Assembly: GCA_050248915.1 (NCBI GenBank)
Contig: JBFWRL010000077.1
Coordinates: 1-25,375, forward strand
Direction: 5' to 3'
Length of the DNA: 25,375 bases
Source of the DNA: Candidatus Sericytochromatia bacterium
GTDB taxonomy: Bacteria; Cyanobacteriota; Sericytochromatia; UBA7694
A model generated the notes under the pieces. That model searched no databases and was not told where the DNA came from. It saw nothing but the letters and a program-made list of their open reading frames with translations. The position numbers and the translations under genes were made by a program. Below are positions 21,589 through 25,375 of this stretch, one piece after another; within the stretch, counting starts at the first letter, position 1; every line of letters starts with the position of its first letter.

Positions 21589-23661
21589 ATGAGCCTGGAG
21601 CATACCCCGTTTGTCTATCCCGACGCCCTGCGCGAAGAAGTGGTCGAAGACTACCACGGAACCCCCGTGGCAGATCCCTACCGCTGGCTCGAAAATCCTG
21701 CCTCTCCTGAGAGTCGGGCCTGGACCGATAGCCAGAATCACCTGACCCGCCAATTTGTCGATGGGTCCGAGCGTGAGCAGATTTTGGCGCGTTTTCGCGA
21801 GGTCTGTAATTATGACCGCTGGTCAGCCCCGCTCAAAGCTGGGGATCACTATTTTTTCTGGAAACACGAGGGCCTGAAAAACCAGCCCGTTTTGTATACC
21901 TCGACCCGCTTTACGTCAGAGCCTGAGGTTTTGCTCAATCCCAATGCCCTGAGCAAAGAGGGCACAGTCTCTGTGATGAGTATCAATCCCAGTTGGGATG
22001 GCAATTTGCTCGCTTACAGCCTCTCACACAGGGGCTCCGACTGGCAGGAGATTCGCATTCGCGAAGTCAAAACCAAACACGATCATTATGAGGTCTTGTT
22101 ACACAGCAAATTTGCGGGCATCGCCTGGAACCACGACAATACCGGCTTTTATTATAATCGCTACCCCGATCCGGGCACGGTTCAAGACGCGGCTCTGAGC
22201 TATTACAACGCCGTCTATTGGCACGAATTGGGCACGATCCAAGACGATGACAAACTCGTCTACGAGCGCCCCGACGAAAAAGACTTTGACTTTTGGCCCG
22301 TCATGACCGAAGATGGCAAATATCTCTTGCTGCAAATTCATCTCGGCACCGATCGGCGCAACCGGATTTATTACCGCGAGGAGAATTCGCGCGGCGGCTT
22401 TGTGCGTCTGCTCGACAAGGGAGATGCCCATTACCAATTTGTCGGCAATGAAGGAGAGACCTTCTTTTTCTTCACCGATCACAGCGCCCCCCATGGTCGC
22501 CTGATTGGCATTTCACTCAAGAAACCCGACCCCGAACATTGGCTGGAAATTATTCCCGAACATGAAGATATCTTGGTCAATGTCACCCTCTCGGGCAATC
22601 GCTTTGTGGCGGTCTATCAGCACCATGCCCATCACAAGCTCTCGATCTACGATCTGGAAGGCACCTACAAAGACAATATCCCCCTGCCAACGCTGGGCGC
22701 CGTCAGTGAGTTAAATGGTCGGCGTTACCAAGATGAACTCTTCTTTGGCTTTACCTCCTTCCTCTTCCCCACCCGCACCTATAGCTACCAAATGGCGGCC
22801 CATGATCTGATAGATTTACACGAACACACCCATATTCCCGGCTTTAACCCCGACGATTATGTGGTAAAACAGGAATTTGCCACCAGCAAAGATGGCACGC
22901 GGGTGCCGATGTTTATTGTGCACCGATGCGATTATACCCCCCAGGGCGATACGCCCACATTGATGTACGGCTATGGGGGCTTTCGCCAATCACTCACCCC
23001 CCAATTTACAGCGACGCTGCTGCCTTGGCTCGAAAGGGGCGGCATCTACTGCCAGGTCAATTTGCGCGGCGGCTTTGAATACGGCGTGGACTGGTACCAG
23101 GCCGGAACCCTTGAGCGCAAACAGAACGTCTTCGACGATTTTATTGCCGCAGGTGAATATCTCTGCGCGCAAAACTACACCTCTCCCAAACACCTCGCCA
23201 TTCGCGGGGGCAGCAATGGAGGCCTGTTGGTGGGGGCCTGTATGTTGCAGCGTCCCGATCTGTTTGGGGCTGTGGTCTGCCAGGTACCTGTCTTGGATAT
23301 GCTGCGCTATCACCGTTTTACGATTGGTCGCTATTGGGTCTCAGACTATGGCAATGCCGAGGCCTCAGCCACAGATTTTGACTTCCTCTATGCCTATTCG
23401 CCCCTGCACAATGTCAAAGGGGGCCTTGTCTATCCCCCAGTCTTAATTACCAGCGCCGATCACGACGACCGCGTGGTGCCGTCTCATGCCAAAAAATTTG
23501 CGGCGACATTGCAATATGCCTCCCATGGGCAAAATTTGGTCTTGTTGCGGGTGGATACCGATGCCGGACACGGACGGGGCAAACCCCTGAACAAAAGTTT
23601 AGAAGAAATGGCGGATATTTACGCCTTTTTGCTGAAACTGGTGGGCCCTTCCTCGGTCTGA
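21589..23661 (+). CDS. Prolyl oligopeptidase (S9A family serine peptidase)
   Basis: An N-terminal beta-propeller region, and a C-terminal alpha/beta-hydrolase domain with the nucleophile motif GGSNGGLL plus downstream Asp/His segments (TSADHDDRVVP, DAGHG). A Shine-Dalgarno (AAGGT) precedes the start. Confidence 0.9.
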   Translation: MSLEHTPFVYPDALREEVVEDYHGTPVADPYRWLENPASPESRAWTDSQNHLTRQFVDGSEREQILARFREVCNYDRWSAPLKAGDHYFFWKHEGLKNQPVLYTSTRFTSEPEVLLNPNALSKEGTVSVMSINPSWDGNLLAYSLSHRGSDWQEIRIREVKTKHDHYEVLLHSKFAGIAWNHDNTGFYYNRYPDPGTVQDAALSYYNAVYWHELGTIQDDDKLVYERPDEKDFDFWPVMTEDGKYLLLQIHLGTDRRNRIYYREENSRGGFVRLLDKGDAHYQFVGNEGETFFFFTDHSAPHGRLIGISLKKPDPEHWLEIIPEHEDILVNVTLSGNRFVAVYQHHAHHKLSIYDLEGTYKDNIPLPTLGAVSELNGRRYQDELFFGFTSFLFPTRTYSYQMAAHDLIDLHEHTHIPGFNPDDYVVKQEFATSKDGTRVPMFIVHRCDYTPQGDTPTLMYGYGGFRQSLTPQFTATLLPWLERGGIYCQVNLRGGFEYGVDWYQAGTLERKQNVFDDFIAAGEYLCAQNYTSPKHLAIRGGSNGGLLVGACMLQRPDLFGAVVCQVPVLDMLRYHRFTIGRYWVSDYGNAEASATDFDFLYAYSPLHNVKGGLVYPPVLITSADHDDRVVPSHAKKFAATLQYASHGQNLVLLRVDTDAGHGRGKPLNKSLEEMADIYAFLLKLVGPSSV

Positions 23662-24362
23662 GCCGTTTCAACAGCTTTGAGACGATTGCGGGCAACGCGT
23701 CCCAACAAGGTGAGCAGGCCTAAAACCAAGAGCAGAACCCCCAACAGTGGCCAGGGAATTTTTCCCTGAGTGAGCGCACTTTTGAGTGCATCACTGCCGA
23801 CCACATAGAGAAGGGTGCCTGGCAGCATACAGAGCCAGGAGGTCAGCAAATAACTGAGAAAAGAGACCTTGGTCAAACCAAAGCCATAATTGAGCAGATT
23901 AAAGGGAAACAGAGGCACCAAACGGGTCAAAGCGACAATCAACACGCCATTTTTTTCAGTCAAGGCATCCAGCTTTTGAAAGGCGGGATTGTTGCGCAGG
24001 CTGTTTTCCAAGTCCTTGCGGGCAAAATAGCGCGCAATCAGAAAACAGGTACCGGCAGCCAGCGTTGAGGCCAGACTGACCCAAAAAGTCCCCCAAAAGG
24101 CCCCAAAGATCACCCCTCCTGCGAGGGTTAAAACGGAGCCCGGCAAGGCCACAATCGAGGCGCCCACATACAGGGCCACAAAAACCAGCGGCCCCCAAGG
24201 CCCGAGAGATTCCAACCAGGGTTGTAATTGTTTTAAGGCCTGATCCCAGCCCAGGGTTTTGGCCAGAACCAAAAGGGCAATAATGGTGCCCATTAAAGCC
24301 AGGGGTTTCCAAAGTTTGGCAGAAACAGATTTTTCTGAGGGAGGGGTATTTGGAGCAGACAT
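23619..24362 (-). CDS. DedA/TVP38/SNARE-associated family membrane protein
   Basis: Typical DedA core (GPWGPLVFVALYVGASIVALPGSVLTLAGGVIFG...LTRLVPLFPFNLLNYGFGLT). Its 3' end overlaps the convergent peptidase gene by 43 nt. Confidence 0.8.
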   Translation of the reverse strand: MSAPNTPPSEKSVSAKLWKPLALMGTIIALLVLAKTLGWDQALKQLQPWLESLGPWGPLVFVALYVGASIVALPGSVLTLAGGVIFGAFWGTFWVSLASTLAAGTCFLIARYFARKDLENSLRNNPAFQKLDALTEKNGVLIVALTRLVPLFPFNLLNYGFGLTKVSFLSYLLTSWLCMLPGTLLYVVGSDALKSALTQGKIPWPLLGVLLLVLGLLTLLGRVARNRLKAVETAQTEEGPTSFSKKA

Positions 24363-24563
24363 GGGGGTTCTTTCTTTTGCTTAGCTTGTTTTTAGCATAG
24401 CGCTTTCTGAATATTTTGTCTGCCAGCCGACAAATGATGACAGTTCTTGGTATCTTTAGATTCAAAGATGCAGAAAGATTAACTTTTGTTAAAATTTAGT
24501 TCATCTTTTGTTTGTCTGTGGCGATAATGAAAACAATAAGCCAAAACCCAAGGAGCATGATTC

Positions 24564-25103
24564 ATGCAAATTTCTGCCCAGAGCCTGCAGCAGAATTCCC
24601 TGATTCAGGGGAAACGCCCAACCACGCCTCCCCCTACTGCCAAAGTGGCGTCCCCTGCCGCACAGCCCCCCTTGGGTGAAGATCAGGCCTTTTTATCGGG
24701 CGTTGTCATACAGGTCAAACACCACCCCTTGATTGCCAGTACCATTACAGGCTTGGCAGTGGGGGCGTCTTCAGGCGCAGCCTTGGGGGCATTATTGCCT
24801 TTGCCAACAGCAAAAGGGCTGGGCCTGGGTGCAGCTTTTGGCGGTGGTGCAGGTTTGGCTGCAGGAGTTGGCGCGGGTCTGATGGTGAATAAATGGCTCG
24901 ATGGCAAAGTGTCTGCCGGCACAGCCGGTGCCCTGGCGGGTGCGGCTGCAGGTGCCGCCAGTGGTGTCTTATTGGGAGTCAGCCTGAGTGGCAACAAACT
25001 GATGGGCGCGGCTGTGATGGCTATTCCCGGTGCTCTTGCTGGTTTTGCCGGTGGCATGGCAGCCAATGCGTATAAAAAACAGCACCCTGATCCCATTCCT
25101 TGA
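24564..25103 (+). CDS. Glycine-zipper (GxxxG-rich) protein, unknown function
   Basis: A strong Shine-Dalgarno (AAGGAG, 8 nt) precedes the start. The N-terminus is Pro/Ala-rich and the remainder is Gly/Ala-rich (GLGLGAAFGGGAGLAAGVGAGL...GALAGAAAGAASG...GALAGFAGGMAANA), like glycine-zipper 2TM / SlyB-like proteins. A terminator lies downstream. Confidence 0.5.
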   Translation: MQISAQSLQQNSLIQGKRPTTPPPTAKVASPAAQPPLGEDQAFLSGVVIQVKHHPLIASTITGLAVGASSGAALGALLPLPTAKGLGLGAAFGGGAGLAAGVGAGLMVNKWLDGKVSAGTAGALAGAAAGAASGVLLGVSLSGNKLMGAAVMAIPGALAGFAGGMAANAYKKQHPDPIP

Positions 25104-25119
25104 ATCTAGGCCTAGATTC
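25102..25119. repeat. Perfect 18-bp palindrome GAATCTAGGCCTAGATTC overlapping the stop codon of the glycine-zipper gene
   Basis: Read directly from the sequence. It contains two CTAG tetramers and AGGCCT. Confidence 0.6.
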
Positions 25120-25130
25120 TGCCATCTGCA

Positions 25131-25168
25131 AAAGGGCGCTTGGTTTACAAGCGCCCTTTTCTTTTTTC
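25131..25168. terminator. Rho-independent terminator, probably bidirectional: stem GGGCGCTTG / CAAGCGCCC, loop GTTTAC, then a T-run on the plus strand (TTTTCTTTTTTC) and TTTTGC on the minus strand
   Basis: A hairpin plus U-tract read directly from the sequence. It lies between the plus-strand gene ending at 25103 and a probable minus-strand gene ending at 25247. Confidence 0.6.
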
Positions 25169-25246
25169 TGAGCGGTGTTGGCTTGCTTTTGGGCGGATAA
25201 TCTGCCCGATTTTTTGCCCGATTTCCGCTGCGATTTCTGCTCCTAT

Positions 25247-25375
25247 TTAAGGGGGGGGCGGAGGCAGTTTTCCTCCCGGGGGCGGTGGCAAAGGACTGCT
25301 CCCAGGGGGCGGTGGCAAAGGACTGCTCCCAGGGGGCGGCGGCAAAGGACTGCTCCCATGGGGCGGCGGCAGAGG
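25247..25375 (-). CDS. Probable 3' end of a minus-strand gene entering from beyond the window; the repeat encodes a proline-rich C-terminus ...(SSPLPPPPG)n GGKLPPPPP*
   Basis: The minus-strand frame is open from the window edge to TAA at 25249..25247, and the 27-nt repeat translates to a 9-aa Pro-rich repeat. The plus-strand alternative (GGGGKGLLP repeat) has a TAA immediately upstream and no start codon. Confidence 0.3.
   Translation of the reverse strand, partial: PLPPPHGSSPLPPPPGSSPLPPPPGSSPLPPPPGGKLPPPPP
25275..25375. repeat. 27-nt tandem repeat (about 3.7 copies, running to the window edge): CC(A/C)GGGGGCGG(T/C)GGCAAAGGACTGCTC
   Basis: Three near-identical 27-mers and a partial fourth are seen directly. 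Copies differ by 1-2 substitutions. Confidence 0.8.

Noticed and set aside
24683-25096. 137-aa minus-strand Ala/Pro-rich ORF antisense to the glycine-zipper gene
   Set aside because: The plus-strand gene has a strong AAGGAG Shine-Dalgarno and a downstream terminator. The minus-strand frame is the low-complexity mirror translation of a GC-rich Gly/Ala coding region.
25251-25375. Plus-strand reading of the 27-nt repeat as a GGGGKGLLP repeat protein
   Set aside because: A TAA at 25248..25250 lies immediately upstream in that frame with no ATG/GTG/TTG before the repeats. The minus-strand frame has a clean stop plus terminator instead.
25275-25375. CRISPR array
   Set aside because: The repeats are directly tandem with no unique spacers, have 27-nt periodicity and maintain an open reading frame. 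No cas genes are nearby.

Overview
This is a 25.4-kb, moderately GC-rich bacterial chromosomal segment that is densely coding, with about 18 of the first 18 kb on the minus strand and short or overlapping gene junctions. I saw no rRNA, tRNA, CRISPR array or IS/transposase by eye. Gene content in order: a partial flagellar hook/rod-family protein and a complete 638-aa FlgE-like paralog in tandem. Next comes a tightly coupled operon of rpiB, a DeoC aldolase fused to an unknown N-terminal domain, an orphan biotinyl-domain (BCCP-like) protein, and rlmB. Then a 469-aa protein whose N-terminal repeats, shoulder region and cap-helix resemble eukaryotic major vault protein (MVP), preceded by a translationally coupled pair (a His-motif polytopic membrane protein and a CinA-C/NadD-like fusion). 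Then a Gly/Pro-rich hypothetical protein with a hairpin abutting the next gene. Then a glycan module: a UDP-HexNAc dehydrogenase-family enzyme, a 1347-aa triple glycosyltransferase, an AI-2E family transporter and a class A beta-lactamase-like serine hydrolase. Then a Zn-ribbon membrane protein convergent with a class III adenylate cyclase that has an N-terminal Zn-ribbon domain. Then an orphan CueR-type MerR regulator, a ConA-like lipoprotein, a prolyl oligopeptidase, a DedA-family membrane protein, a glycine-zipper protein followed by an 18-bp perfect palindrome and a bidirectional terminator, and finally a 27-nt tandem repeat that probably encodes the Pro-rich C-terminus of a gene entering from beyond the window. 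Two genes have a perfect TATAAT hexamer exactly 7 nt upstream of their ATG, which suggests leaderless mRNAs. The MVP-like protein and its NAD-related neighbours are the most interesting candidate for a new system. All calls rest on reading the translations and sequence by eye; no searches were run.
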